DNA of 52,506 nucleotides from a virus: the UHGV virus genome UHGV-0041832, one strand, 5' to 3'. Position numbers and translations under genes: made by a program. The notes beneath the pieces were generated by a model. That model made no database searches, was not told where the DNA came from, and saw only the letters and a list, made by a program, of their open reading frames with translations. This document shows, one piece after another, positions 1 to 9,305 of the stretch; the stretch's first letter is position 1; each line of letters begins with the position of its first letter.

Positions 1-49
1 TACAACAAAAACTGTGTACCAAAACGTGACCAAAAATGGGGGGGGCAAC

Positions 50-1240
50 ATGCTTACGGATACCAGGTTAAGGGCCATCGCCAACAAGCCATACGACGGT
101 CCAAGCGAGATAGCTGATCGTGATGGCCTGTCAGCCAGGATAAGCCCAAAAGGGAAAATTACTTTCCAGTACCGTTACAGATTCAACGGTAAGCCAGTGC
201 GAATGAAGATCGGTGAATACGGGAAAATGAGTCTGAAAGACGCCCGCTATGCGGTGGCTGAATACAGGGAGTTGCTTGCGAAAGGGAAGAATCCGGCACT
301 GTGCGTAAAGCAGGCCATAGCCTTTGAACAGGGCAAGAGATCGATAACAGACGTAGTGGAAGACTATCTATCCCTGCCGAACGTCATTAAGCTGGTGGCA
401 TATAAAGAAGTCAAAAGCGCATTGATGCGCCATGTTGTCAACAAGTACGGCGACTACATAGCTGACGACGTAACGACAAAACAGTGGATGGATATATTTG
501 GCGAGATCACTGCGGCGGGTCACGCGGTTACGGCTGGTTTGATATTGAAGCGAATGAAAATCATCGTTAACAGCGCAATCAGGCGCGGGCTAATGACTAA
601 CACGGCGATAAACAATATCCGTGTAGCTGACGTTGGCGAGCATTATGCGGTGGGGGAGCGTTACCTTTCATGTGAGGAGATAGGCCACTTCTGGCGCACG
701 GTAGACAGTTCGCAGATCTATCCGCAGAACAAAATAGCCTTAAAGCTATTATTGCTAACCGGGTGTAGGGTTGGTGAATTGCAGAAAATGAGAAGGGAAC
801 ACCTAGACCTGGACAACGGTGTATGGACCGTTCCGGCGGCGGTGGCGAAGACAAGAAGTGAAATCAGGCGGGGATTATCTGACTTGTCGATAAAAATGCT
901 CAGGGAGGTTTTAACCTCCCATGAGTATGATTATGTATTCCCGCCAGTGATTAACGGCGGCAACAGGCCAGTAAACGCATCAGTGATAAAAGTAGCTGCA
1001 ATATTCGTGCGTAAAAGGATGGGCGGTAAATCATGGTCCTGTCACGACCTCCGCAGGACGTGCCGGACACACCTTTCAGCTATAGGTGTTCCGGTACATA
1101 TTGCAGAAAAGGTCTTAGGCCATTCATTAAGGGGGATACTGGCGGTGTACGACAAATATGATTATCTTGATGAACAAAAGGAGGCACTAAATAAGTTTGC
1201 GGATTATGTATTATCTTTGGCTGACGTTAAACCAATCTGA
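50..1240 (+). CDS. int: Tyrosine site-specific integrase (P4-like family)
   Basis: ORF 14..1240; N-terminal MLTDTRLRA...KGKITFQYRYRFNGK typical of P4-type integrase arm-binding domain; C-terminal catalytic region with HxxR and conserved Tyr context (AVYDKY). Likely start at ATG 50 rather than 14. Confidence 0.88.
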   Translation: MLTDTRLRAIANKPYDGPSEIADRDGLSARISPKGKITFQYRYRFNGKPVRMKIGEYGKMSLKDARYAVAEYRELLAKGKNPALCVKQAIAFEQGKRSITDVVEDYLSLPNVIKLVAYKEVKSALMRHVVNKYGDYIADDVTTKQWMDIFGEITAAGHAVTAGLILKRMKIIVNSAIRRGLMTNTAINNIRVADVGEHYAVGERYLSCEEIGHFWRTVDSSQIYPQNKIALKLLLLTGCRVGELQKMRREHLDLDNGVWTVPAAVAKTRSEIRRGLSDLSIKMLREVLTSHEYDYVFPPVINGGNRPVNASVIKVAAIFVRKRMGGKSWSCHDLRRTCRTHLSAIGVPVHIAEKVLGHSLRGILAVYDKYDYLDEQKEALNKFADYVLSLADVKPI

Positions 1241-1434
1241 TCAAAGAACTGCATTACGTCCTGATAGCGGTACATAACGCCACGCCCGGTACCAAGTACA
1301 TCAACAGGGGCCGGGAACGGAGTTCCGTTCCGTTCCCACTTTTTACGCCATAAGTAAAACGTTCCCCTGCTAATTCCCCCCAGCATACGGCAGATGGCAG
1401 GGCGACTAAGAAGAATTGTTGCCGTTTTATCCAT
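1204..1434 (-). CDS. AlpA/Xis-like small HTH DNA-binding protein (putative excisionase or integrase regulator)
   Basis: 76 aa, pattern LSRPAICRMLGGISRGTFYLWRKK resembles AlpA/excisionase-family HTH; convergent with and overlapping the 3' end of int. Confidence 0.55.
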   Translation of the reverse strand: MDKTATILLSRPAICRMLGGISRGTFYLWRKKWERNGTPFPAPVDVLGTGRGVMYRYQDVMQFFDQIGLTSAKDNT

Positions 1435-2093
1435 TATTCACCCCCCGTGTATTCAACGTGTCCTATACATCCGTCTATAATAGCTTGCGCCATATTGCGA
1501 TAATCGCACGAAAATTCGTTGTCGCGGTTAAAATCAATTTCTTTTGCAGCATCTTCACCGATAACCTTAGTAGCAAGTGCAAACGCAATTTCAGCCAGTA
1601 TTTTTTCTTTCGGATCTACATACAACTTATGAGCGAAATGCTTCCATTCCCCTGCTTGTTCAAAATCAGGCGCATCCATTTCTACAAAAAGAGCAAGGCG
1701 ATCACTTATATACTTGTATTTCAGAATAACATATTTCCGACCATCGACAGGATCTAGAAGCTCAAGCCATACTCCGCATGGAGGCTTTTCTCCTGCCATC
1801 CATTCCGTAACTTCTGGCGTATCGCAATCATGCCGCTCATCTTCGATTAATTCATCAATGATTTCACTTTCTTTATTCATGCCATCATCATCTTTATTAG
1901 ATAAATTAGCATATTTATCAAACTTCCAGCTTGCCGCCATAACAGAATAAGTGCCGCCAGTATCAGCGCGAACGCCCAAAAGGAAAGATGATCCATATTG
2001 GTATTCGTTTCGGCATGTTGAAACTTCAAAAGAAGGGTAAACTTCTGGATGTGTACGATGGCGAATTATGCCAATTGCTTTAAGTTTGTTCAT
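1434..2093 (-). CDS. Hypothetical protein with acidic central region
   Basis: 219 aa ORF, translationally coupled to neighbours; no family recognised. Confidence 0.5.
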   Translation of the reverse strand: MNKLKAIGIIRHRTHPEVYPSFEVSTCRNEYQYGSSFLLGVRADTGGTYSVMAASWKFDKYANLSNKDDDGMNKESEIIDELIEDERHDCDTPEVTEWMAGEKPPCGVWLELLDPVDGRKYVILKYKYISDRLALFVEMDAPDFEQAGEWKHFAHKLYVDPKEKILAEIAFALATKVIGEDAAKEIDFNRDNEFSCDYRNMAQAIIDGCIGHVEYTGGE

Positions 2094-2300
2094 TTATTTT
2101 ACCTCAATAATATTTCCGTTTTTGGTTGGAATAACTTTCCATTCATTAACAGGAATAAAATATTCAGGATGATTTTCAATCTCATGTTTTAAATGTGCGT
2201 AACATATTCGCCATTCCATAGCCTTGTCGTCCAGGTAATAAACATCGTCACCATCAATCTGATACAAAATACCAATAGGTTTTGCTTTATAAAATTTCAT
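2094..2300 (-). CDS. Hypothetical small protein
   Basis: 68 aa ORF, start/stop coupled to flanking genes. Confidence 0.4.
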   Translation of the reverse strand: MKFYKAKPIGILYQIDGDDVYYLDDKAMEWRICYAHLKHEIENHPEYFIPVNEWKVIPTKNGNIIEVK

Positions 2301-2731
2301 TATTGACCCCAGCGTTTTATGAATTCATCGTTTAATTTCGTGTCACCAGACCACTGAACACCATGTTCAGCGCCGAACGAATATATCAATTCGATTAGTT
2401 CGCTGAATTCTGATTTAATCATTCGACTGGTGGATGTTCCCAATACAACGAAGCCGGATTTATCCAGATTGGGGACGACGCCATATTTCTTAAGCCCAGC
2501 AGTAAACACCGCCTTCCAGTCTTCCGGCGACAGCTTCTTGCCGTACCAGTTAACCTGATCGCTAACGTCTGTTAGCAGCGCCCAAAGCAAAGCATTCTGA
2601 CTCAGCGAGCGTGTTTTCTCACGGATGGTAATTATCAGCGGGCTTTTGCTATCAGGCTTAATCTCCCTTATCTGCCTGATAGCATTTTCTTTCACGGCGT
2701 CATTGACTATTTCAAATCTAATTTGGCGCAT
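2300..2731 (-). CDS. ninB: NinB (Orf-family recombination mediator)
   Basis: 143 aa; close match from memory to lambda NinB (EIxN...IRExxRSLxQNxxLWAxLxDVSxQVxWxGxxL...WKxVFTAxL...VVPNL...GFVVxGxSTSRM...EFxELxELIxxFGxExGVxWS). Confidence 0.85.
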   Translation of the reverse strand: MRQIRFEIVNDAVKENAIRQIREIKPDSKSPLIITIREKTRSLSQNALLWALLTDVSDQVNWYGKKLSPEDWKAVFTAGLKKYGVVPNLDKSGFVVLGTSTSRMIKSEFSELIELIYSFGAEHGVQWSGDTKLNDEFIKRWGQ

Positions 2732-2740
2732 AATATCAAC

Positions 2741-3301
2741 TCAAAATAATTGCAACTGAAAGCGATCGTTGACTTCTTTTATTAACTGCTTAACCTGTTT
2801 CTTATCCCGCTTACGCTGCGTTAACAGGCGACTACCAACCTTACCGACTGTTTCGCTATCAGCGGCAAAACCATTTACTGCATTCATTACTTGCTCACCG
2901 CTTGCGCCATCGCAAATAAGTCCTTTAACGTGCGCCGCCATATCATCCGGTGTTTTTGGTTTTTCTCCGTAATAACCATTCCGGCGAATAGATGGTAATA
3001 CTTCCTCGAATACCCAATCCTGGAATCGTTCGGCAGATTCAAGTTTTGAGTGCATAATCAAGCGGAAAACATCAGGTTCATGAATCAAGGTCACACCTTG
3101 CGGTATAGGTTCAAATCCCAAATGTCGCATTTCGCGACATTTGATTTTTATCAATGAATTACAATGCTTTTTAACAGCATCCTGCGGCGTAGTGTACCCA
3201 AGCGCACGCGCAACATCCATTGCAACAAAAGCTGGCTTATCTGCATAAATAACCGTTTGCACTTGTTTATCATCAAACGAGAATTTAACTACTTTATTCA
3301 T
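2741..3301 (-). CDS. Bro-N domain antirepressor-like protein
   Basis: 186 aa; N-terminal FxFDDKQVxTVI...PxFVAMDVARALGY...LIHEPDVFRLIMHSKLESAERFQDWVFEEVLPSIRRNGYY is a Bro-N signature. Confidence 0.78.
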   Translation of the reverse strand: MNKVVKFSFDDKQVQTVIYADKPAFVAMDVARALGYTTPQDAVKKHCNSLIKIKCREMRHLGFEPIPQGVTLIHEPDVFRLIMHSKLESAERFQDWVFEEVLPSIRRNGYYGEKPKTPDDMAAHVKGLICDGASGEQVMNAVNGFAADSETVGKVGSRLLTQRKRDKKQVKQLIKEVNDRFQLQLF

Positions 3302-3312
3302 GCTGCACCGCC

Positions 3313-3510
3313 TTATCGCACACCATTACTATTTTTCCATTGCGCCCGCGCATACATGATCGCCCATAAAGAAATCAGCCTTGAACTAGACATAAAATCG
3401 TTTTTAAGTTTTTTCATATCAATGACTACAGGGCGATCAGGATCATCGCCGCGCATGTATTCCGCGATCGTGCTCATGTCTTCAACAGTTAAATCAAGTT
3501 CCTTGTCCAT
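3313..3510 (-). CDS. Hypothetical small protein
   Basis: 65 aa ORF in leftward operon. Confidence 0.4.
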   Translation of the reverse strand: MDKELDLTVEDMSTIAEYMRGDDPDRPVVIDMKKLKNDFMSSSRLISLWAIMYARAQWKNSNGVR

Positions 3511-3518
3511 AACTCACC

Positions 3519-3725
3519 TCACACGATACGCATTGTGTTTCTTAATTCACCGCGCAGCGCCTGTAACGCTTCACGAATTGGAACAAAAACCCGTTTAAAT
3601 TTTACGTGTCTGTACTTGCGCATAAGTGGAGGTGTATAAACCATCGCGCCGCGAGAATCGCACGGGAAACGGAAATGTGATTCATCAATGAATGTTTCAA
3701 CTGAATAAAAGATTACCCGTCTCAT
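3519..3725 (-). CDS. Hypothetical small protein
   Basis: 68 aa ORF, overlaps upstream gene stop (coupled). Confidence 0.4.
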   Translation of the reverse strand: MRRVIFYSVETFIDESHFRFPCDSRGAMVYTPPLMRKYRHVKFKRVFVPIREALQALRGELRNTMRIV

Positions 3726-4315
3726 AATTCTAACCCCGTTTCGCTGTTAAGTTTTTCGATTTCAAATACTGGTTTATCAGGCAGCAGGCCGTTATTTTTC
3801 CGGTATTCGTTCAGGCGGCTATCAAAATCAAACGCGAGATCATTAGCGTGACCGAATCGCCCAGGTTTAAACAGTGAGTAAAAATTAAGACCGTGTTTAT
3901 TGGTGTCTATGCAAAGTGTTTCATCCAGCACCATTAAACGCAGCGTGCGCGACAGGTAATTCCATGGGATACCCGTTTCAGCGCTAATATCTCTCATACG
4001 CTTTTTAACGCTGTAGTCACTAAATAACGCTGCCACACGATCACGACGTTGAGCGTACAAGTATTTAATTCGATACCCAAGCAAGCGGCGGCGCGGTCCG
4101 AAATATGTATACACACGCTCAACAATACCAGTATCGATCAGGTGTTTAATTGTCTCAGGCAAACATCCTGCTTCGTCATATTCCGCTGATAATCCTGTTT
4201 TCTGGCGTAACTGGTGCATTGTGTCGATGCCATCCAGTTCAAGGATATTGATAATTTTTGTTTCAAGTTCAACGCTCATTGTTTTTAGCCTCGATTTAAG
4301 CGCGAAAACAGCCAC
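3722..4315 (-). CDS. Hypothetical protein
   Basis: 197 aa ORF immediately downstream of DnaB in the leftward operon; true start may be the internal MSVELETK. Confidence 0.5.
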   Translation of the reverse strand: MAVFALKSRLKTMSVELETKIINILELDGIDTMHQLRQKTGLSAEYDEAGCLPETIKHLIDTGIVERVYTYFGPRRRLLGYRIKYLYAQRRDRVAALFSDYSVKKRMRDISAETGIPWNYLSRTLRLMVLDETLCIDTNKHGLNFYSLFKPGRFGHANDLAFDFDSRLNEYRKNNGLLPDKPVFEIEKLNSETGLEL

Positions 4316-4358
4316 CAGAAAGCTGTCAACTTTCCGGTAAGCCGTTTGCTCAAGTTAA

Positions 4359-5780
4359 TTAAAAGGATGCGTTATTCTGGTTATTTCGTGGTGAGAATCG
4401 GCTTGCCGCAGGACGTTGTTGCATTGACTGGATGCAAGCTGACGCCGCGCGGGCCTGGTCGCATGGTAAGATGTTGCCGTTATCGTCAAACCGCTGGTAA
4501 ACAGTCCCCGTTTTCCCGTGACGGTTTTTTGAAACAATGATCTCCATGTATTCGCGGGCAACAGATTGTTCGTTGTAGTATCCGTCTCGGTACACCATGA
4601 TGATACGGTCGGCGTCTTGCTCAAGGTTCCCGGAATCGCGCAGATCAGAATTGTTCGGGCGCTTGTTCGGTCGTTCCTCAACGCGGCGGGATAATTGCGC
4701 AAGTGCCGCCACTGGTACGCGCAATTCCTTCGCCATCATCTTCAATGACCATGACAATTGCCCTACAGCGAGATCGTGACGTTCTGCCTTAGCCAGCTTC
4801 ATTAACCCGATGTAGTCAATCATTACCATACCCAGGTTGGGATGATTCTGCTTCATTCGTTCAGTTGTGGCGCGTATTTCCTCGACAGTTAACTGTGATG
4901 CATCAACAATCCACACATCGAGATCAGCAAGTGCGCTCATTCCCTGGGTAACGTGCGCCCATCCTTCTTCATCCAGTTTTACCGGATTACGTAGGCAATC
5001 CGTTGACAAGTTCCCTGCGCCAGCGATAGCGCGTTCAGTCATCTGATCGAGCGACATTTCAAGCGTGAACAGCAAAACGCCTACCCGCTGACCTTCTCCG
5101 CCAGGGTATTGGCGTTCAGCCGCCGCGCGGGCAATTGCCAACGCCAACGCCGATTTACCAGACCCTGGGCGTCCGGCGATAAGCACCAGATCAGTAGCGT
5201 TAATGCCGCCTAACATTTCGTCGAGTGGGTCAATCCCTGTTTTGATGTTGTCAGAGTTCACGCCACACTCCATGCGTTTACTTAGCACTTCCGTGTATTC
5301 CTGGACAGCATCGCGCAACAGCACCGGGATAATCTGATCTTTTATTACCTTTAATTTTGAATACCGGGAATCAAAATCTTTCATCGTCTCTTTGACGACC
5401 TCAAGAGTCCCCGTTTCCAGTTTGTAGCGCATATCGTCGATGAGTTCCAACATCTGCCGACGCTGGTGCTCTTCACGTAGTAGCTGTGCGTATCCCTTCA
5501 GGTTGGCAGCAGAAGGGCACGATCGCGCCGTTTGCATTAGCGGTACAAAGTTTTCATTACCAATCTCATCGCCAACCAGTAACGCGTCGATGAGATTTCT
5601 GTTTCTGGCTTGCGCCCGGATAACTTCAAACGCACGTTTATAAAGCGGGATCGTGAACACTTCAGGATCAAGTGTGGCGAGAACATCTTGCGCGTTAGGA
5701 GTAAGGCCACCTAACAGTAGCCCGCCGATAACTGACGCTTCACGTTCCTGCTGTAGTGAGTTTATTTGCTCAGTTACCAT
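4359..5780 (-). CDS. dnaB: Replicative DNA helicase, DnaB family
   Basis: 473 aa; DnaB N-terminal domain (EREASVIGGLLLGG) and RecA-like core with Walker A GRPGSGKSALALAIA, plus downstream helicase motifs. Confidence 0.92.
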   Translation of the reverse strand: MVTEQINSLQQEREASVIGGLLLGGLTPNAQDVLATLDPEVFTIPLYKRAFEVIRAQARNRNLIDALLVGDEIGNENFVPLMQTARSCPSAANLKGYAQLLREEHQRRQMLELIDDMRYKLETGTLEVVKETMKDFDSRYSKLKVIKDQIIPVLLRDAVQEYTEVLSKRMECGVNSDNIKTGIDPLDEMLGGINATDLVLIAGRPGSGKSALALAIARAAAERQYPGGEGQRVGVLLFTLEMSLDQMTERAIAGAGNLSTDCLRNPVKLDEEGWAHVTQGMSALADLDVWIVDASQLTVEEIRATTERMKQNHPNLGMVMIDYIGLMKLAKAERHDLAVGQLSWSLKMMAKELRVPVAALAQLSRRVEERPNKRPNNSDLRDSGNLEQDADRIIMVYRDGYYNEQSVAREYMEIIVSKNRHGKTGTVYQRFDDNGNILPCDQARAASACIQSMQQRPAASRFSPRNNQNNASF

Positions 5781-5798
5781 TATGTTATTGCCTTCGGT

Positions 5799-6917
5799 TT
5801 ACAAAATGGAATATTCAGGGTAATAAACAAAGCGCCCAATTTCCCCATGATCCGGGCTGTAAATAATCACCGCTGCCAGACGCCGCGACCGCCAGCCGCC
5901 ATTAGTTGAATATGCGTCTTTGCCAGCTAATGTGCCGTGGTGCTCAACTATTCCAAGTGATGTTTCAACAACTGATTGATGGTGCAGATGTCCAGTGTGA
6001 GCGTAAACAGCCACAGACCTCCCGAAATCCTCCCGCCAGTCAGATACGCAAGCCGACAATAAATTTTCCGGCTTTTTGATAGTGTGCCCGTGGTGGTAAG
6101 CAAGGAATGTTTTGCCGTACTGTGTGTGGTGGACGATAGCAGGGGACACATCAACAGTTACGCGCGGTTCATCTTCGTAAAAAGCCGCCAGCGCCGCACG
6201 TAGCCAAATCATGCCAGACTGATCGTGATTGCCTGATAGTACCTGGATTTCAATATCCTTATGATTTAACAACATCTTTCCTACCGCCCGACGTACCGCT
6301 CGGATCGCTACATAGACAAGTTTTGCATAGCGTGAATCGCAATCCAGTACGTGATTGCTTGATGGCGTAACTGGCAACAGCCCGTCAGTGTGAAGAACAT
6401 CCCCACCGAGAAGCAAAACAGCTTTTTCAGACATCGGCGCAGCGCCCACCGCGTAGTCAAAGAATTCATTCAACACGCGTTCAGCGATCCCAGTGTCGTA
6501 GCTCTCGCCGCATTCAGCTTTATGAGCAAGCGCCCCGATATGCAGATCAAATACCGGATAAAGGGCCAGGCTTTTTTGAAAATCAATTTCAGGCACTGGC
6601 ACGGCCTCCGCGCGTGGTATTTCTTCCGTGAATGCGTCGCGGGCAGCTTCCATTAGCCTTTCCATTTCATCACGGTCACGGGCAGTTTTAATCCAGCGCA
6701 TGACCGTATTACCAGCCTTATCGACAAGAACAGATTCACCAGTAACGCCAAAACCAGGCGCGCGACGCGTTGATATTAAACCGCGTTTCGCCAGTTTTGC
6801 GCCTAGCCGCTCGACGTTGCGTTTTGACATGCCATATTTTTCAGCGATCTGCTTGTACGTTAAACCGTTGTTATATTCAGCGATCAATTGCTCATCGCTG
6901 ATTTTTCTTTGCGACAT
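5799..6917 (-). CDS. HTH domain fused to calcineurin-like metallophosphoesterase
   Basis: 372 aa; N-terminal HTH (LTYKQIAEKYGMSKRNVERL); all canonical phosphoesterase motifs visible in order: DLH, GDVLHTD, GNHD, YHHGH, GHLHH. Confidence 0.7.
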   Translation of the reverse strand: MSQRKISDEQLIAEYNNGLTYKQIAEKYGMSKRNVERLGAKLAKRGLISTRRAPGFGVTGESVLVDKAGNTVMRWIKTARDRDEMERLMEAARDAFTEEIPRAEAVPVPEIDFQKSLALYPVFDLHIGALAHKAECGESYDTGIAERVLNEFFDYAVGAAPMSEKAVLLLGGDVLHTDGLLPVTPSSNHVLDCDSRYAKLVYVAIRAVRRAVGKMLLNHKDIEIQVLSGNHDQSGMIWLRAALAAFYEDEPRVTVDVSPAIVHHTQYGKTFLAYHHGHTIKKPENLLSACVSDWREDFGRSVAVYAHTGHLHHQSVVETSLGIVEHHGTLAGKDAYSTNGGWRSRRLAAVIIYSPDHGEIGRFVYYPEYSIL

Positions 6918-6950
6918 AATGTTATTTCCTCATGTTTACATTTTGTATAT

Positions 6951-7874
6951 TTATTGACAGCAAACAATCTCTTTATATGTTTCTTCTACCATGTCGAATA
7001 CTTCCGGCCTGTAATAAAAAAATTCAGTGCTACCATCAAACTTAACAGGGAAGTTTATTTTATAGTCACTGAAAGCATCGTGCATTTTGCTTTCTATTTC
7101 CTGCATAATCTCAGTAGGCCCATTCCATGTTTTAACTACCTGTAAATCAGTCAGCCTTACACCTGCCTTACGAGCACTTTTAAATACTCTGTTCCTCCTT
7201 TCGTTCTCTTTTACGCTTACACCAATTTTCATTTGTGTAGGCACTTCAAGATCATCAACCATGATGTAAAGTTTTCCGTTGTAGTGTGATAAAAACCCGT
7301 ATTTAGCGCATTTCGGGCAACCGCGCCCGCTCTTAATGTCTCTAGGTTTAGCCGACCACTCATGATCACAAACCTTGCAGCGGCATAATACTTTTGTACT
7401 GTTATTAACTATTTCAACCAGCACTTCAATATCAGGATTAACCTTAGCAATAGCCGATATTTGTTCTTCATGCGATATTTTTTTGCCTTGCGCTCGTTTT
7501 AGCACCGCACATTTCTGGCAACCGCTCCCGATCTTAAGGCTTTTAGGTGTAGAATACCACTCATGATCACAAACCTTGCAGCGGCATAATACTTTTATTT
7601 TGTCGCCGGTAATTTCCCCAAGCACTTCAATATCAGGATTAACCTTAGCAATAGCCGATATTTGTTCTTCATGCGATAACTTCATATTCCCAGCGCATTT
7701 CTGGCAACCACGTCCATATTTAATATTGCTAGGTGTAGCCGACCATTCATGGTTACAAACTTTGCAGCGACATAATACTTTTGTACTGTTATTAACAATT
7801 TCCCCTAACACTTCAACATCAGGATTAACTTTCGCGATAGCTGCAACTTGTTCTTCATGTGTTAACTTGCGCAT
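6951..7874 (-). CDS. Three tandem CxxC..CxxC zinc-ribbon repeats fused to a T5orf172 (GIY-YIG-like) C-terminal domain
   Basis: 307 aa; three ~64-aa repeats (HEEQxxAIAKVNPDxEVLGEI...KVLCRCKVCxHEW...GxGCxKC); C-terminal GKLYIMVDD...KIGVS...FDGSTEFF resembles T5orf172. Confidence 0.6.
   Translation of the reverse strand: MRKLTHEEQVAAIAKVNPDVEVLGEIVNNSTKVLCRCKVCNHEWSATPSNIKYGRGCQKCAGNMKLSHEEQISAIAKVNPDIEVLGEITGDKIKVLCRCKVCDHEWYSTPKSLKIGSGCQKCAVLKRAQGKKISHEEQISAIAKVNPDIEVLVEIVNNSTKVLCRCKVCDHEWSAKPRDIKSGRGCPKCAKYGFLSHYNGKLYIMVDDLEVPTQMKIGVSVKENERRNRVFKSARKAGVRLTDLQVVKTWNGPTEIMQEIESKMHDAFSDYKINFPVKFDGSTEFFYYRPEVFDMVEETYKEIVCCQ
7310..7874. repeat. Three direct ~195-bp tandem repeats inside the zinc-ribbon gene
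   Basis: Near-identical DNA segments (e.g. agcacttcaatatcaggattaaccttagcaatagccgatatttgttcttcatgcgata at 7425-7482 and 7624-7681); also evident as duplicated alt-frame ORFs 7375..7566 and 7576..7890. Confidence 0.85.
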
Positions 7875-8013
7875 CGCTCCAACTCCTTAAGAACATCATG
7901 CGCGCTACAACGCAAAAACCCACCGCGACACCCGTTTGCACAGGTTGCAGTGTCTTATTGCGTCAGAGACGCCATCAGGTGGCTAATTTTCGATTTACAG
8001 AATGGTAGGTAGG

Positions 8014-8115
8014 TTATGGATTGATTAGCAGGTACAGACCGCCGAACAAGGCGACGTTAACAGCGATTGCCGCAGCGATGGCAAAAGCCAGGGCGAAAAC
8101 GTGTTTACCGTCCAT
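8014..8115 (-). CDS. Possible 33-aa hydrophobic mini-protein
   Basis: Hand-translated MDGKHVFALAFAIAAAIAVNVALFGGLYLLINP with GAGAGGA-like SD upstream; below ORF-track size cutoff. Confidence 0.25.
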   Translation of the reverse strand: MDGKHVFALAFAIAAAIAVNVALFGGLYLLINP

Positions 8116-8249
8116 TTTAAAATCCTCTCTGTAACGCTCTATAACGAGCTAATCGCAAAAAGGTAAGCAAAGTGTAGCACCACATGCGATTTAGCTCGCT
8201 GGTGAGGTTGTTTTGTGGGTAATTTTGGATTTTTGCGGATCGTGATTGG

Positions 8250-9302
8250 TCAAAGAACGCCAGCGCGCGTATCACGTAGCGTTTTTGGTTTAAGCAGGAA
8301 ATCAAGTGTCGCGGTGAAGCCATCGCCGAAGTAAAAATCTGAAGCCGTGTTTTTGAACGTTTCGAAGTAGGCGACAAAGCCGTTAATGCTTTTGTCTTTC
8401 AGGTAGTCAGTGAACGCATAGATCTTGCGTTCAAGATCCCGATCCAGTTCGGCAGGTGGTAACAGGCCGTCAAACGTGCTGTTAAATGCTTCCACCACGT
8501 CGGCAGCGTTTACAGTGGCTGACAGTTTGCGCCATTGTTCAGCATCAGTCAGATACCCATCAAATTTAGTTACCCGGCAAATGTTGATAGGCTTAGGTAC
8601 TCCACCACGGCTACGCCATTGGGTTAAAGCCCACTCAATTACTAACGTGATCTCATTCTCCGTATACGCTTTACGTGTTTTTGTTTCTGTCAGTAGTTCT
8701 ACGAATGGCTTAGCATCACGACATTTGCATCCTGCCTTGTCGTTGTAGAAGGCAAGGCAACGCAATGCCGCTTCGTTTACGCCATCCTGATTGACCATTT
8801 TTTGTTCATTTTCGACAATACACGAAGTGTATATATCTTTTTCTCTTTCTTTTTCTACTTCTAATTCTAATTCATGACCCTTTCCTGACCCGGTCATGAC
8901 CCTATCATGACCTTTTTGTGTTGGATTGATTAACTTTTCTAATTTTAATTGCTCCTTCGCTGTGTTTATGGCGGCCCTGTAAGCGCTTTTAGAAGTCATT
9001 GATTGGTCCAGCCTTTTCAATAACTTTAAACAAGTTATGTGGCCTTGAGAACATTCAAACAAACCAATTTCGATGAAGTATTTCATCATTTCTTCTATAC
9101 GTTTTTCAGTAGATCCGACGTTTCGCGCAATGATTCTCGCGTCATGTCGTAGGTCAAAATTCAGATTGTGCTGATCTACGTCATAAGTTATTAGTTCGAG
9201 GCAATACCAATAAAGCCCGTACCCTTCCAGGCCATAATCTAACAAAACGTTTTGAAGTTTTTCATCGCGGTTCGCATCGCTGTCATGCTTAAACCACTTC
9301 AT
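8250..9302 (-). CDS. Replication initiation / replisome organizer-like protein
   Basis: 350 aa; N-terminal MKWFKHDSDANRDEKL...YGLEGYGLYWYCLELI matches phage replisome-organizer N-terminal domain pattern; sits upstream of DnaB in the PR-type operon. Confidence 0.72.
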   Translation of the reverse strand: MKWFKHDSDANRDEKLQNVLLDYGLEGYGLYWYCLELITYDVDQHNLNFDLRHDARIIARNVGSTEKRIEEMMKYFIEIGLFECSQGHITCLKLLKRLDQSMTSKSAYRAAINTAKEQLKLEKLINPTQKGHDRVMTGSGKGHELELEVEKEREKDIYTSCIVENEQKMVNQDGVNEAALRCLAFYNDKAGCKCRDAKPFVELLTETKTRKAYTENEITLVIEWALTQWRSRGGVPKPINICRVTKFDGYLTDAEQWRKLSATVNAADVVEAFNSTFDGLLPPAELDRDLERKIYAFTDYLKDKSINGFVAYFETFKNTASDFYFGDGFTATLDFLLKPKTLRDTRAGVL

Positions 9303-9305
9303 AGA

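Noticed and set aside
1-49. Attachment site or tRNA remnant upstream of the integrase
   Set aside because: Only 49 nt are available upstream of int; no tRNA-like structure or flanking direct repeat can be established within this window.
4355-4702. Antisense and alternative-frame ORFs inside well-supported genes (e.g. 4355..4702, 6390..6656, 12322..12621, 34594..34890, 41001..41375, 47793..48206, 49836..50540)
   Set aside because: Fully embedded in genes with strong family-level support on the other strand or frame, with no independent start signals; GC-rich coding regions generate such ORFs by chance.
7310-7874. Tandem repeats considered as a possible CRISPR array (also 49140-50260)
   Set aside because: Repeats are 93-195 bp, in frame within long ORFs, with no short palindromic repeats, no unique spacers of regular length and no cas genes nearby; they are coding repeats.
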